Shown: positions 27,750 through 40,692 of the stretch, one piece after another
Layout of the letters: every line of letters begins with the position of its first letter
Numbering within the stretch: the stretch's first letter is position 1
Origin: Octopus vulgaris
Lineage: Eukaryota
Direction of reading: 5' to 3'
DNA length: 64,000 nucleotides
NCBI GenBank assembly: GCA_951406725.2
Contig: OX597819.1
Span: 89,404,001-89,468,000, forward strand
The notes under the pieces: model-generated
The model's database searches: none
What the model was told of the DNA's origin: nothing
Seen by the model: only the letters and a program-made list of their open reading frames with translations
Made by a program: the position numbers and the translations under genes

Positions 27750-28530
27750 TTATTTATTATTTATTTCTCTAACTTCTTTTATGTTTCTTTTGTCGTATCT
27801 TTTAATGTGGTTGTGACTCCTTTTGATTGATGTTAACCCCACCTGTTTTTGTTTTCCTTTTGTTTCAGTTTTTGTGTGTTGTAATTCATCCTTTGATGCT
27901 GTCTTCCATGTTTTTTCTGTTGTCATTTCATAGAGTTGGCATAGCTTCCAATGTATATGAATCCCAACTCTCTCATGTCTGTGAATATATTCCTTCTTAG
28001 CCAGGACTGGGCAGCCAGAGACAATATGATTTATTGTTTCTTTTCCATCATCACTTCTGCAGTTATTTGCATTTTTCTTCATTATGGATTTCTGGTGGGG
28101 AGGCCTTGATCTTGTGCTGAAATTATAATCTTTCAGTCTCTACTTTGATTCCTGAGCTTCTCAACCATTGTTGGCAGTTTACTTTGTCCATTTCTTTCCT
28201 GTTTAGTATATCCCAGTATTTGCCATATCAGGGCTTTTCTTGCCATAATTTTAGCATGGTATTTTGTCGTTCCAGTTTCAGTTTGGATTTCAGTTGTTTT
28301 ACAGCTTTTGTTGATTCCTCTTTTTCTTCATAGTTGTCAGTTACTATGACTTCTTTCCTTTATTTTTCAGCTAACATAAAGACAGAAAACAGTTTTTTAT
28401 TTTGCCCAAGTTTTGTGGCTATTTGTACCAGTTTTCTTTGCTTCTGAATTAGATATTTCTTTAATCCTATGATGATTATTTTATAATAGTTTTCTGCTTG
28501 TATAAGGCCTCTACCAACTTCAGTTTGATG
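27750..28530 (-). mobile_element. R4/Dong-clade LINE fragment
   Basis: QQWLRSSGIKVETE, CR...ETINHIVSGCPVLAKKEYIHRHERVGIHIHWKLC. Confidence 0.8.
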
Positions 28531-28580
28531 TATGTTATTATCATTATTATTATTACTATTATTATTGTTGTTGTTGTTTA

Positions 28581-28620
<40 letters not shown>

Positions 28621-28658
28621 GCTGATATTATTATTATTATTATTATTATTATTGTTGA

Positions 28659-28703
<45 letters not shown>

Positions 28704-28724
28704 GATTATCATCATTATTATTGT

Positions 28725-29023
28725 TTTACTTCTCAGAATGTTCGATCTTGTTTGCTCTGGTAGATTCTGTGAGAGCTGCCTGTTGTCAGAGGTCTCACAG
28801 GATCTCATTCCACACATTATAAGCTTCGATACTTGGTTGTTAATTATTATAAGAGACATTCAACATCCAAGTACCAATTTCAGAATCCTAGCTGTCCCCA
28901 TCAGCGCTGCTTTTTAGAGTTTCCTCTACTCTCATGTGAATTCCAATTTCTCTGACATATCTCACAGACTTGGCTGTTAGTGTTTCAAGTGCCCTCAAAC
29001 TTGGTTGTTAGTGCTTCGAGTGC

Positions 29024-29085
<62 letters not shown>

Positions 29086-29202
29086 TACTATTTATTGTCT
29101 TTGCACAGCGTCTAATACTGGAGATGTACTATGATGCCAACTGTTCTCTACCAGTGAATTAAGGTAACAACCCTTTTTTTTCAAGGACCATCCAGAGTAT
29201 TA

Positions 29203-29249
<47 letters not shown>

Positions 29250-29480
29250 GGTTTGGCCCAGGTTTGGTCTTATTCCTGGTAGGATTTATGTGGGTAGTGG
29301 GTTACTTGTAACCTTAGGTGTCCACAAGGTTTCAGCAGTCTTTCAAATGCTTAGAACCCTCCTGATAATCCTTGCTGTTCCTAAGAGACAAACTTTCTGT
29401 AGGAGCTCTACCAGGCAATTTATTTCAGTCTCCTTCAGCCATTTGTCCATATCATGGCTTACTGTTCCCAATGCACCAAT
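28725..29480 (-). mobile_element. cluster of three 5'-truncated R4/Dong-type 3' ends separated by (TTA)n
   Basis: KAALMGTARIL (28725-29020); tail homologous to 24300-24388 (29093-29200); IIGALG...QKVCLLGTARIIRRVLSI* (29250-29480). Confidence 0.75.
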
Positions 29481-29771
29481 TATTATTATCATCATTATTA
29501 TTATCATTATTATTATTATTATTGTTACAGTAGTGAGCTGGTAGAATCGTTAGCATAGCAGGCGAAGTGTCTGGTGGTATTTCGAGTGTCTTTAAATTCT
29601 GAGTTCAAATTCTGCAGAGGTCGACTTTGCTTTTTATCCTTTCGGAGTCAATAAATTAAGTACCAGTGAAATACTGGGGTTGATGTAATTGACTAGTCCC
29701 CTCCCCACAAAATTCAGGCCTTGTGCCTTTAGTAGAAAGGATTATTATTATTATTATTGTTATTATTATTA

Positions 29772-29814
<43 letters not shown>

Positions 29815-29817
29815 CAT

Positions 29818-30279
29818 TGAGTGAGAGAACAGTTCATGCCATCAAAGTGACACTGGGGTAAAATATACGAAGCCCAATATACCCATCATGACTACCCGTC
29901 TGATAAAGGTACACCAGGCACATGCATCACAACCATATGTGCGTGACATGGTGATCTCATATCAAGATAAACAGCACATGACCTTGCAGGTGGGGCCCAG
30001 TTAGAATTTTCTTCATTTTGAGTAGCCCATCCTGCTCAAACGGTCCCTGAATAAGGGTTGTTTAAGGATGTTGAAAGAACCACCCATATTTCCAGAGGTG
30101 AACTATTCAAACCCCAAAGAATCCCTCTCAACACATGGCTATGATGCTCCCCCACTACTTCTGCTCGTGATCAGAGATGCACATATCGTCAGCCACTAAG
30201 GGACATGCTCAACTGGTTATGGTCAAACAACTGACAAGCAAATCTGTGGTATTGAGCAGAATATTTGCTGTAGCCCATC

Positions 30280-30283
<4 letters not shown>
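29818..30283. mobile_element. unclassified ~465-bp element between (TTA)n arrays
   Basis: Complex non-coding sequence with sharp boundaries inside a TTA microsatellite. Confidence 0.4.
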
Positions 30284-30323
<40 letters not shown>

Positions 30324-30336
30324 TACTACTATTATG

Positions 30337-30383
<47 letters not shown>

Positions 30384-30410
30384 TACTACTACTACTACTA
30401 CTATATTATG

Positions 30411-30458
<48 letters not shown>

Positions 30459-30459
30459 T

Positions 30460-30672
30460 AGGTGGTGAGCTGGCAGAATCGTTAGCATGCTGGACGAAAT
30501 GCTTAGCGGTATTTTGCCCGTTGCTCCGTTCTGAGTTCAAATTCTCCTGAGGTCAACTTTGCCTTTCATCCTTTCAGGATTGATAAAATAAGTACCAGTT
30601 AAACACTGGGGTCGATGTAATTGACTCATCCCCTCCCCCAAAATGTCTGCCCTTGTGACAACATTTGAAACC
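30460..30672 (+). mobile_element. SINE family A
   Basis: TGGCAGAATCGTTAG A box, GAGTTCAAATTC B box, core GCCTTTCATCCTTTC; another copy at 29530-29740. Confidence 0.8.
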
Positions 30673-30690
30673 ATTATTATTATTATTATT

Positions 30691-30789
<99 letters not shown>

Positions 30790-31226
30790 CCAGTTATTAA
30801 TAATTAGTGAGATTAGTGACTGTGGTATGATATAAAGAAGAGACAGCATTGCGGTATTGATAAGACTGAATCATTTAACAAGTTTCTTGTTTCTAAAATA
30901 ACTGATGTTAGTTAAAACATTGATGAACTATTATACATAATATTGTTAATTAGGTTAATGGGCTAATTAGCTAGAGGATGTTATCTACCACAAAACACTT
31001 AAGACTTATTCTATGAAATTAATTCAAAGTAATTAATGATCCAACAGAAAAGAGGAATCTTTGTGTGTGAGGGGCGTATGTATGTATGTACATATGTACG
31101 TATTTATGTATGTATGTACGTACATATTTATGTATGTATGTATGTATGTATATATAGTCATATCCATACATCTCTCTGTCTAAATAATGTGTATGTGTGT
31201 GTGTGTGTGAGTGTTGTGTGTATCTA

Positions 31227-32448
31227 CAGGGTGCGTAAGATATTTGAGGACAGATTTATGTTTATAAAAAAAAACAGATATATAATAACAGATAATAACT
31301 TTATTTATCAAAAAATGCTATGAGGATAAAGATAAACCTTCTTTTCTATAATGTATTCAATAAAGCCACCTTCAGCTTCAACATCTGCTTCTATATGAAA
31401 TCTAAATCATCTACATGCTTGAATCAAGTGGTCCTGGTTCATTTTAGACGTTACTCTGATTATAGCAGCTTTCAAAGAGTCTTTGGTGTTTTGAGCGTGT
31501 TCATTGACCTCTCTCTCAACAACACTCCACATGTAATAGTCCAATGGATTGAAATCTGGGGAATTAGGAGGCCAAATGTTAGGGGTTATGTGATCATGAA
31601 AATTTTCAGCCATGCGTTCCTGTGTTACTAGAGTCATGTGTGATAGTGCAGAGTCTTATTGAAACACGTATGGCCTTCCATTGCATTGAATTATTTCCAG
31701 AAACTCAATGTAGGCGGCAGAGTTAACTCTAAGGCTTTGTGGAAAGAAGTAAGGAGGCATCACATGTCCTTCATTGCTGACAACCACTAAAACCATGACA
31801 GTTGCAGGAAATTTTGTATGCATAACACTTGGAACTTCAGAAAGGTCTGCACATAACCATCTGTCATTTCTTCTGTTAAATTTTTGATCTTGGTCAAGGT
31901 TTTTCATGTTTGAGAAAAGCCAAATCAAATCTTTTGCTGGATTTTTTTCAGTTTGTTTAATAGCCTTTTAGATCTGATGTAGTGATTTTCTTTTGCTTTT
32001 TCTGGCAAACTGACTTTTCTTCATCCCATAAGACTTATATCTGATGTCTTCATGGACATCGTTTCTGACTATTCCTTCTGAGATATGGAGAACTTTTGCA
32101 ATTGACCTTAGGGATTTCCTGGGACTGGTCTGTTGAAAGTGCTGGATAAATTCAAGTGTTCTGATGATTTAAGAGCGTTTAGTATGCTTTTTATGCTTTG
32201 ATACTGGTGATATGTCTCTTGCTCCCTACAAACTTTGTAGACAACAGATCTGGCAACTTTTAAAAATTGAGATATTTCTAAATCTCTATGCTCAGCCTTT
32301 ATAACCACAATAACAGCATGCCTCTTCATTTCTTGAGTAAGCTTAGGGTCTGCCATTATTATTTTCTGAAACAAAGATTATACGGAGTTAGCAAAAAATG
32401 CAACAATGACCCCAAAAAGGTATGTCCTCAAATACCTTACGCACCCTG
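31227..32448 (-). mobile_element. maT (DD37D) Tc1/mariner-superfamily transposon with both TIRs
   Basis: 26-bp TIRs CAGGGTGCGTAAG(A/G)TATTTGAGGACA, TA flanks; FQ*DSA...WPPNSPDFNPLDY with 37 residues between the last two Asp; ORF broken. Confidence 0.9.
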
Positions 32449-32697
32449 TATATATAAATGCATACATACATATGTGTATGAGCATATATCCTACATCCAG
32501 ATATTAACAACTAATCGTCTTATATGTAGAAGAATTCAAGATATAAATGGCTTAACAACATCCCAAGAGTTCGTCTCCATGTTCAATTTCCTATTTTCTT
32601 CTAAACATGACTTACTATCACGGATTAAAATCCTGGGAAATTTAAGCAACATTTAGCTACCTTGTATTTATTCCCCTGAATTTTTCCTTTATATATA

Positions 32698-32779
<82 letters not shown>

Positions 32780-33059
32780 CATACATTAAAAAGAATACTC
32801 CATTCCACTCAGCCGTCAAGAGTGAGTTGTACCTGTGATTCAAAGGGCCGACCATGTCACATTTTGTGTCATGCTGAATCTTATGCTAAAGGTACATTTA
32901 TCTGTAGAATGCTCAGCCACTTGCACATCAATTTCACAAACAGGCTGTACTGTTGATTGGATCAACTGGAACCCTCATCACCGTAACCAATAGAATGCCA
33001 GTATTGCATGATATTAACAAGCATCAGGATTGCAATTTTGTCATTTATTTATCCATCAT

Positions 33060-33930
33060 TTCAGGTGGGTTGCTAGGACCAAAATCACTCTTTCTCTCCA
33101 AGCATTCCTGTCATCCACGACATTTTTGAGGTCTTCAATTTGTGACTTGACATCACAAGGAAGTTTCTTATTTCTTATTTCTTTATTGCCCACAAGGGGC
33201 TAAACATAGAGAGGACAAACAAAGACAGACAAAGGGATTAAGTCAATTACATCGACCCCAGTGTGTAACTGGTACTTAATTTATCGACCCCGAAAGGATG
33301 AAAGGCAAAGTCGACCTCGGCAGAATTTGAACTGAGAACGTAATGGCAGAGGAAATACCTATTCCTTTACTACCCACAAGGGGCTAAACACAGAGAGGAC
33401 AAACAAAGACAGACAAACGAATTAAGTCGATTATATCGACCCCAGTGTGTAACTGGTACTTAATTTATCGACCCCGAAAGGATGAAAGGCAAAGTCGACC
33501 TTGGTGGAATTTGAACTCAGAACGTAATAGCAGATGAAATACCGCTAAGCATTTCGCCCAGCGTGCTAACGTTTCTGCCAGCTTGCCGCCTTTACATCTT
33601 TGACATCACAAGGGAGTTGATCGACGTATGTCATTCTGGGTCATTTGACATGAGAATTAACATGGCTCGGTATCCACAGAGAGAGCTCACTAATTCATCT
33701 TTGTTTTGATAGCAGTGACCTGCATCTCTTGTCCTTCGCTCTCGAATGATTGATGACATGTTGGGGATAGAGCTCCCCTTTCGTTGGATGTTGTTTCCCA
33801 TGGACTCAACAAATCAAGGTTACAATTTATGAAGCTTTGAATCAGGTTCCTATAGAAATGTCCAACTCTCAAAGTCAGGCATCACTTTGTATTGTAAAAT
33901 GACAGCTTCAATCAACTTGTGAGAACATTT
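33060..33930 (-). mobile_element. RTE-type LINE 3' fragment, degenerate, interrupted by a SINE dimer
   Basis: Remnant C-terminal motifs (TYVDQL...IEDLK...DRNAWRERV). Confidence 0.5.
33166..33592 (-). mobile_element. dimeric SINE family A with TSD
   Basis: Two cores; flanked by TTGACATCACAAGG(A/G)AGTT at 33147-33165 and 33600-33618. Confidence 0.85.
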
Positions 33931-34573
33931 AATGTAAACGCAATGAAATTAGTTATAATTGTGTCATACACACCTAACGCTAAATTGCAATTAGTTTTAT
34001 CTCTAACCTCTTGTGATAAAGTATTGTTGTTGTTAATGATGATGGTGATGATGATGATGATGATAATGATGATGTTGTTTGTTGGCTTCAGGCCACCTCT
34101 GACAAAGTGAACCTATAATCTAAGACATTCAAGAAATGACCATCATCAGGTAATTATATTTTTGTAACTGTTTACTTGTCTTGGTCATTGAACAGCAGCC
34201 ATGCTGGAGTACTGCCTCGAAGAGTTTTAGTTGAACAGCTCAACTCCCCCCGCCGCCGCCACGACCAGTACTTTTAAAGTCTGGTACTTATTCTATGGGC
34301 TTTTTTTTTTTTTTACTGAACTGCTGAGTTACAGGGACATAAACAAACCAACACCAATTGTCAAACAATGGTGGTGAGGAGACACACAGACATGAAGAAG
34401 TAGTATGAAAGTGCATTTCTGTGAGTAGCTGGCCTTTTAGAAATAGTAGAGAAGTTTAGCCTCACATTAGACTCTAATGTCTTTATGAAAGACACACTGG
34501 GGGGGGGGGGGAAGAAAAAAGAAAACTTAGTTGATCACAATTCCTGAAAAAGGAAAAATAAAACAAAAAAAAT

Positions 34574-34976
34574 AGTAATGTTTGTTGCCACTTTTACATG
34601 GCTGTTCCATGCAGAACAATGTTATTACATTTTAACCCTAGAAAAACATCTTTTCCAGCTGGTTAATGACACATAACCTATCTCTGTTATATTGCGAGTA
34701 AGGGAGTGAACCACTTCCCCTCCAGCGTAGCAAGACCAGCAGAGCAGCTGGTTTCTTGGCATGCACCCATCCTCAGTACTGGACACCTGCCTGCTAATGC
34801 ACCCAGAAACCAACTGGTTTGCCAGTCTTGCCATGCTGGAGGGGAGTGGTTTGCTCCCTTGCTCACAATATAACAGACACAGGTTGTGTATCATTAACCA
34901 GCTGGTTAACAGGGTTAAAATGTAATAACATTGTTCTGCCTGGAACAGCCATATAAAAGTGGCAACAACCATTACT
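34574..34976. mobile_element. foldback/MITE-like long inverted repeat
   Basis: ~185-bp imperfect arms, short spacer; internal TTAA-CCCT...AGGG-TTAA. Confidence 0.75.
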
Positions 34977-35024
34977 GTTCAGTACTGTTACTACATGAAT
35001 CTCTTTTAGAGATTTTAGAACCAG

Positions 35025-35254
35025 CTTACTCTTTTACTTGTTTCAGTCATTTGACTGTGGCCATGCTGGAGCACTGCCTTTGATTCGAGCAAATCGACCC
35101 CAGGACTTATTCTTTGTTAGCCTAGTACTTATTCTATTGGTCTCTTATGTCAAACCGTTAAGTTACAATGACATAAACACACCAGCATCGGTTGTCACGC
35201 GATGGTGGGGGGACAAACACAGATACACAAACATATACATACACACACACACAG

Positions 35255-35303
<49 letters not shown>

Positions 35304-35440
35304 CGACAGGCTTCTTTCAGTTTCCTTCTACCAAATCCACTCACAAGGCTTTGGTCAGCCCAAGGCTATAGTAGAAGACACTTGCCCAAGGTGCCATGCA
35401 GTGGGACTGAACCCAGAACCATGTGGTTGGTAAGCAAGCT
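35025..35440 (-). mobile_element. SINE family B
   Basis: Near identity to 16645-17126; a diverged copy follows at ~35555-35940. Confidence 0.85.
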
Positions 35441-36017
35441 AAAACTATATAAAATAATATAAAATGGATGGTCACTGCTGGAACAACCTTGATCACAACT
35501 ATGTACAATCAAAACTAATTTGAATATATACAACAACAACAGCAGCAAAATATATCTTTTATCTTTTACTTTTGTCTCAGTCATTGGACTGCAGCCATGC
35601 TGGGGCACCACTTTGAAGAGTTTAGTTGAATAAATAAATCAACCTCAGTACGTATATTTTAAATCTGGTACTTATGCTATTGGTCTCTTGCCAAATCACT
35701 AAGTAAACAAACCAAGATCGGTTTTCAAACTGTAGTGTGAACTCACACACACACATGCATTCACACACATACATTAATACGTATATGACATGTTTCTTTC
35801 AGTTTTCACCTATCATATCCACACATAAGGCATTATTTGCCTCGGGTTATAGTAGAAGACACTTGCTCAAGGCACCTTACAATGCGACTGAACCTGAAAC
35901 CACATGATTGCAGAGCAAGCTTGTTAACCACACAACCATTTCTATTATCAAATACATCTTTGTTTAATTCAAGTTTTATTTGTGAGAGATTAGTCTATTT
36001 CTGGCAGGTTGGGTAAA

Positions 36018-36237
36018 TATGAGGGAGTGCTGAAAAGGTTCTAACTTTAAGGGTACTGCAAAAGACCTGGTTGGAGGGTCAACCTTCAGAGTTCTTTAAC
36101 AGGCCTTAGAAAAAACTGAAGGGCCACTGCAATAAATGTATGAATCTAAGAAGGGGAATATGTTGAATAAAATCATAATTAACTAATCTTCCTGTATTTT
36201 CTCTTACTTAAATCCAGGATCTTTTCAGCATCCACTG
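36018..36237. mobile_element. mariner-type MITE copy 1
   Basis: TIR-like TATGAGGGAGTGCTGAAAAG / CTTTTCAGCATCC; homologous to 36623-36838. Confidence 0.7.
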
Positions 36238-36261
36238 GTATTTATTTATATATATATATGT

Positions 36262-36400
36262 AATATGTGACAATTATTCGGTAGCCATGATAAAACTCCA
36301 AGTGGCTACCGAATGATTGTCACATAATTCATTTACAGATAAATTCCTCTATTTACATAATATCGAGGTCTCTTTCTTTCTTTTGTTGTCTTACCATTTT
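36262..36400. mobile_element. short PLE-tail-related insert with inverted repeat, in (TA)n
   Basis: ATGTGACAATTATTCGGTAGCCA...TGGCTACCGAATGATTGTCACAT; resembles the 3' tail at 44016-44050. Confidence 0.55.
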
Positions 36401-36576
36401 TATCTATATATATATATATATATATATAGATAGATAGATAGATATAGATATATAAATTTAGGGGGAATACTTGATAAGTGTAAGCACCTGTATACGCCAG
36501 CTAGTAGCAGAGGTGAGAGGGTATATGTATCAAATGAAATCAAAAATAGAACACAAAGGATGTCGCGGTACTTGTG

Positions 36577-36607
<31 letters not shown>

Positions 36608-36622
36608 CACACATATATAGAC

Positions 36623-36838
36623 ATGAAGGGATGCTGAAAGTCCTGGCTTTAAGGTATCATGAAAGACTGGTTGGAAGTTCAACCTTCCAAGTTCTTTTAC
36701 AAAGCTTAGAAAAACTGAGGGACTGCTGCAATAATTGTGTGAATCTGAGAGGGGAATATGTTGAATAAAATCATAATTAACTGATCCTCCTGTATTTTCT
36801 TTTATCCAAAGCCAGGAACTTTTCAGCACCCCATCATA
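36623..36838. mobile_element. mariner-type MITE copy 2
   Basis: TIRs ATGAAGGGATGCTGAAAGTCCTGGCTTT / AAAGCCAGGAACTTTTCAGCACCCCATCAT. Confidence 0.75.
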
Positions 36839-37439
36839 TTTAAAAGTTTCCCATTGGTTCATATCATAACAGGCTGTTTTAAAGTGATGGCGGAAGGCTT
36901 GTTGACCTCTTTCAGAGGTCAGTACTTGTTTTGAAAAATTAATGAAAACTGAGCGGCATTTGAAGAAGACTTGCCCTCTGGAAGCACTCTAGCACTTGTT
37001 AATTTCCATTCTGCTATTATTCTTTTATTGTTCTCTCTCCCATTCCACCATCCTGCTCTGTTTCCATGTTACTCAATAGGTAGCTTTGGTAGTGTTTAGC
37101 ACCTAGTTTCCGATATAATCCTATCGTTGTTCATGATTGTTAAGTAGCTGATACTATTGTCTGCTGGACTGCTATTTATCAAGTAACAGTCACCAATAAC
37201 GTAAGTGATAATACAGACGAGACCTGTTAGAAATAGTAAGAAAATCTCCCTCGAATCATAGTCTGATGTTTTTACAAGAGACACAGTGGGAAAAAGAATG
37301 CTATAATCTGGTGATTACAATTCCTGAAAAAATGAAAAATTAGAAACAGAAAATAAAACAACCTTTTTAATAGATAACCATGGCTGGAATAACTTTGGTC
37401 ACCAGACTATGTTTGATCAAAGCTGATCTGGAGCACTAC

Positions 37440-37541
37440 AGTAGCAACAACAATAGCAGAAGCAGTAACAACAACAACAGCAGCAGCAATAGCAACAACA
37501 ACAACAATAACAACAGCAACAACAACAATAACAGCAGCAGC

Positions 37542-37621
<80 letters not shown>

Positions 37622-37722
37622 AACAGCAGTGGCAGCAGCAGCAACAACAACAGCAACTGCAGCAGTAGCACAACAACAACAAAAACAGCCGCAGCAGTAG
37701 CAGCAGCAACAACAACAACAAT
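37440..37722. repeat. (CAA/CAG)n trinucleotide array
   Basis: Direct inspection. Confidence 0.9.
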
Positions 37723-38896
37723 AGACTTATAGTAGTGGTGTTGGAGGATCAGAAAGTAAGAGGTATACGTACTTACTGAACACACAGGATATACGGTTTC
37801 AATCCTTAACTGAAAATAATAAATCTGAATATTTCGTTTTTGGATTTGGTTTGCAAGATTCTTTATATGAGTTCGTGTGTTGAAGCATATTCTGTTGTGT
37901 CTGGGGAGAGTCATTTTCTTTTTGTGCAAGACGCAACGCAAATTTTAGGAAAATAAAAATAAGAAATAAGTGGAAATTTTACTGGTGAGTGTGTTACATA
38001 GACATTGTCTTGATGGGTATTAGTCGAACAGATTAAACCTAGTACTTAATTTTTAAAGTTTGTTACTTATCCTATTGGACCTCTTTTGCAGACCTGCTAA
38101 GTTAGGAGGAACATATAAAAAAACTAACGCTGGCTGTCAAGTGGTGGGACACACACACACACACACACACATTTGAATGGCTCCTACACAGTTTCCATTT
38201 ACCAAGTTCACTCAAGAGATTAACTGGCCCCAGGACTATAGCAGAAGATAATGACCCAAAGTGATGCACACTGAGACTGAACCTGAGACCATGTGGTCTC
38301 AAAGCGAGCCTCATAACCACACAGCCATGCCTGAAGCTATTGATTTAAAAAAAATATTAAGATTGTAATGAATAATATGAGTGGTATGAATCTAGCTGTT
38401 ATTTCTAACAGATCAAGTAATCATGAAGAGGCTTCTCGTTTGATTTGTTAGTATTAATTACTGGGTATATATAAGGCAGCAAGGCTGGCAGAATTATTAG
38501 CATGCCAGGCAAAATGCTTAAGTGGTATTTCACTTGTTATTATGTTCTGAGTTCAAATGCGACCAGGGTTGACTTTACCTTTCATCTTTTTGGGGTCGAT
38601 AAATTAAGTACCAGTGAAACACTGGGGATCGATGTAATCGACTGGTCCCCTCACCCCCAAAATTTCAGGCCTTGTGCTTATAGTAAGAAAGATCATTTGT
38701 GAATATATAAGAAATAACCATCTCCTGTTACTCTTCTAAATACACCATCTGCTTAAAAAAGAAAAAAATGTATATTGTCAAATGATAAAGAAGAAAAATA
38801 TAAGTGAAACATTCGCCATTTTGGCTCTCTGCCCCAATTTTATTGCCTACAATCAACATTTTCTGTTTACACTCTGATTATTCTATGAATTATTTT

Positions 38897-38897
38897 G

Positions 38898-38993
<96 letters not shown>

Positions 38994-39540
38994 ATGTGTG
39001 TGTGTGTGCATGTGTGTGTGTGCATATGTGTGTATGTATATGTGTATGCATGTATGTATGTGTATATGTATGTATGTGTGTATGTGAGTATTATGTGTGT
39101 GTATGTATGTGTGTATGTATGTGTATGTGACTAAGTGTGTGTATGTATGTATATGTATATGTGTATATGTGTATGCATGTATGTATGTGTATGTGTATAT
39201 GTATGTATGTATGTGTGTATGTGAGTATTATGTGTGTGTATGTATGTGTATGTGAGTAAGTATGTGTATGTATGTGTGTATGTATGTATATGTGTGTATA
39301 TATATGTATGTACATATGTGTGTATGTATATTTGTATGTATATATGTGTGTACATATGTTTGTGTTTACATCTGTATGTATGTATATGTGTGCATATATA
39401 TGTATGTACATATGTGTGTATGTATATTTGAATGTATATATGTGTGTACATATGTTTGTGTGTACATGTGTATGTATGTATGCATGTATGTATATATTGT
39501 ATGTATGTGTATGTGTATGTACATAAGTATGCATGTATGT
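38897..39540. repeat. (TG)n/(TATG)n compound microsatellite
   Basis: Direct inspection. Confidence 0.9.
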
Positions 39541-39859
39541 TTTCTTGATTTTATTTTTTGATATTTTTACCAATGAAGAAGGAACCAATTCCTGACCTAG
39601 AAACAAGACTCATTGGAATTTAGACCACATTGACAAGGCAGTCTTATATGCATGCATGTATGTATGTATGTATGTATGTATGCATGTATGTATATGGGTG
39701 TATGTATGTATGTATATGTGTGTGTACGTCTGAATGTATGTATGTATGTATTTATTTATGTATGTGTATATTTATGCATGCAATAATGTATGCATATAAA
39801 CATGCATATTCATATATATATGTGTCTGTGTGTCTGTGTGTGTGTGTGCGTGTGGGTGT

Positions 39860-40093
39860 ATAGGCACAGGAGTGGCTGTGTGATAAGAAGATTACTTCCC
39901 AACAACATGGTTTCAGGTTCGGTCCCACGGCATTGTACCTTGTGCAAGTGTCTTCTACTACAGCCTCAGGCTAACCAAAGCCTTGTGAGTGGATTTGGTA
40001 GACAGAAACTGAAAGAAGCTCATTGTATATATGTATATATATATGTGTGTGTGTGTGTGTGTGCGCGCGCGCGTGCGCGCGTGTGTGTGTGTG

Positions 40094-40124
<31 letters not shown>

Positions 40125-40330
40125 CTGTCTGTGTTTGTCCCTGCCATCACGACTTGACAATTAATATTTGTGTGTTTATGTCCCTGCAACTTAGTGGTTT
40201 GGCAAAAGCCACCAATAGAATAAGTACCAGGCTTAAGTAAAAATTAAGTTCTGGAGTTGATTCATTCAACTAAATTGGTCAAGGCGGTGCCCCAGCATGG
40301 CCGTAGTCTAATGACTGAAACAAATGAAAG
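39860..40330 (+). mobile_element. SINE family B
   Basis: Head TGGCTGTGTGATAAG...GGTTCGGTCCC, internal (TA)/(TG) tract, tail matching other copies. Confidence 0.8.
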
Positions 40331-40441
40331 ATAAAAGATAAAAGATAAAAGATATATATATATATCCTCCTCCTCCTCCTCCTCCTCCTCATCATCATCA
40401 TCATCTTTGTTTAACGTCCGTTTTCCATGCTGGCATGGGTT

Positions 40442-40484
<43 letters not shown>

Positions 40485-40486
<2 letters not shown>

Positions 40487-40692
40487 GTTAAGTCTATGTC
40501 CAGTCACAGAGTGACCAATCGTTTTGCATCCACAAAGGGCTTAGCCCCATGGATGGCTCATCTGATTCTTACAGTTGAAGACAAATGTAACTCTTCATCT
40601 TGGCTTTAGAGTCTGACAAGCCATCTATGGGGCTAATCTCTTTGTGGATGTGAAACCATTGGTCACTCTATGACCGGACTTAGACTTAACTA
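40485..40692. mobile_element. palindromic element with degenerate hammerhead in each arm, next to (TA)n
   Basis: ~85-bp imperfect arms; right arm TAGAGT-CTGACAA-stem II-GAAAC CATTG GTC-ACTCTA. Confidence 0.7.

Noticed and set aside
37380-37941. PolyQ/polyA host protein exon
   Set aside because: Pure CAA/CAG array adjoining a dispersed repeat; no supporting coding context
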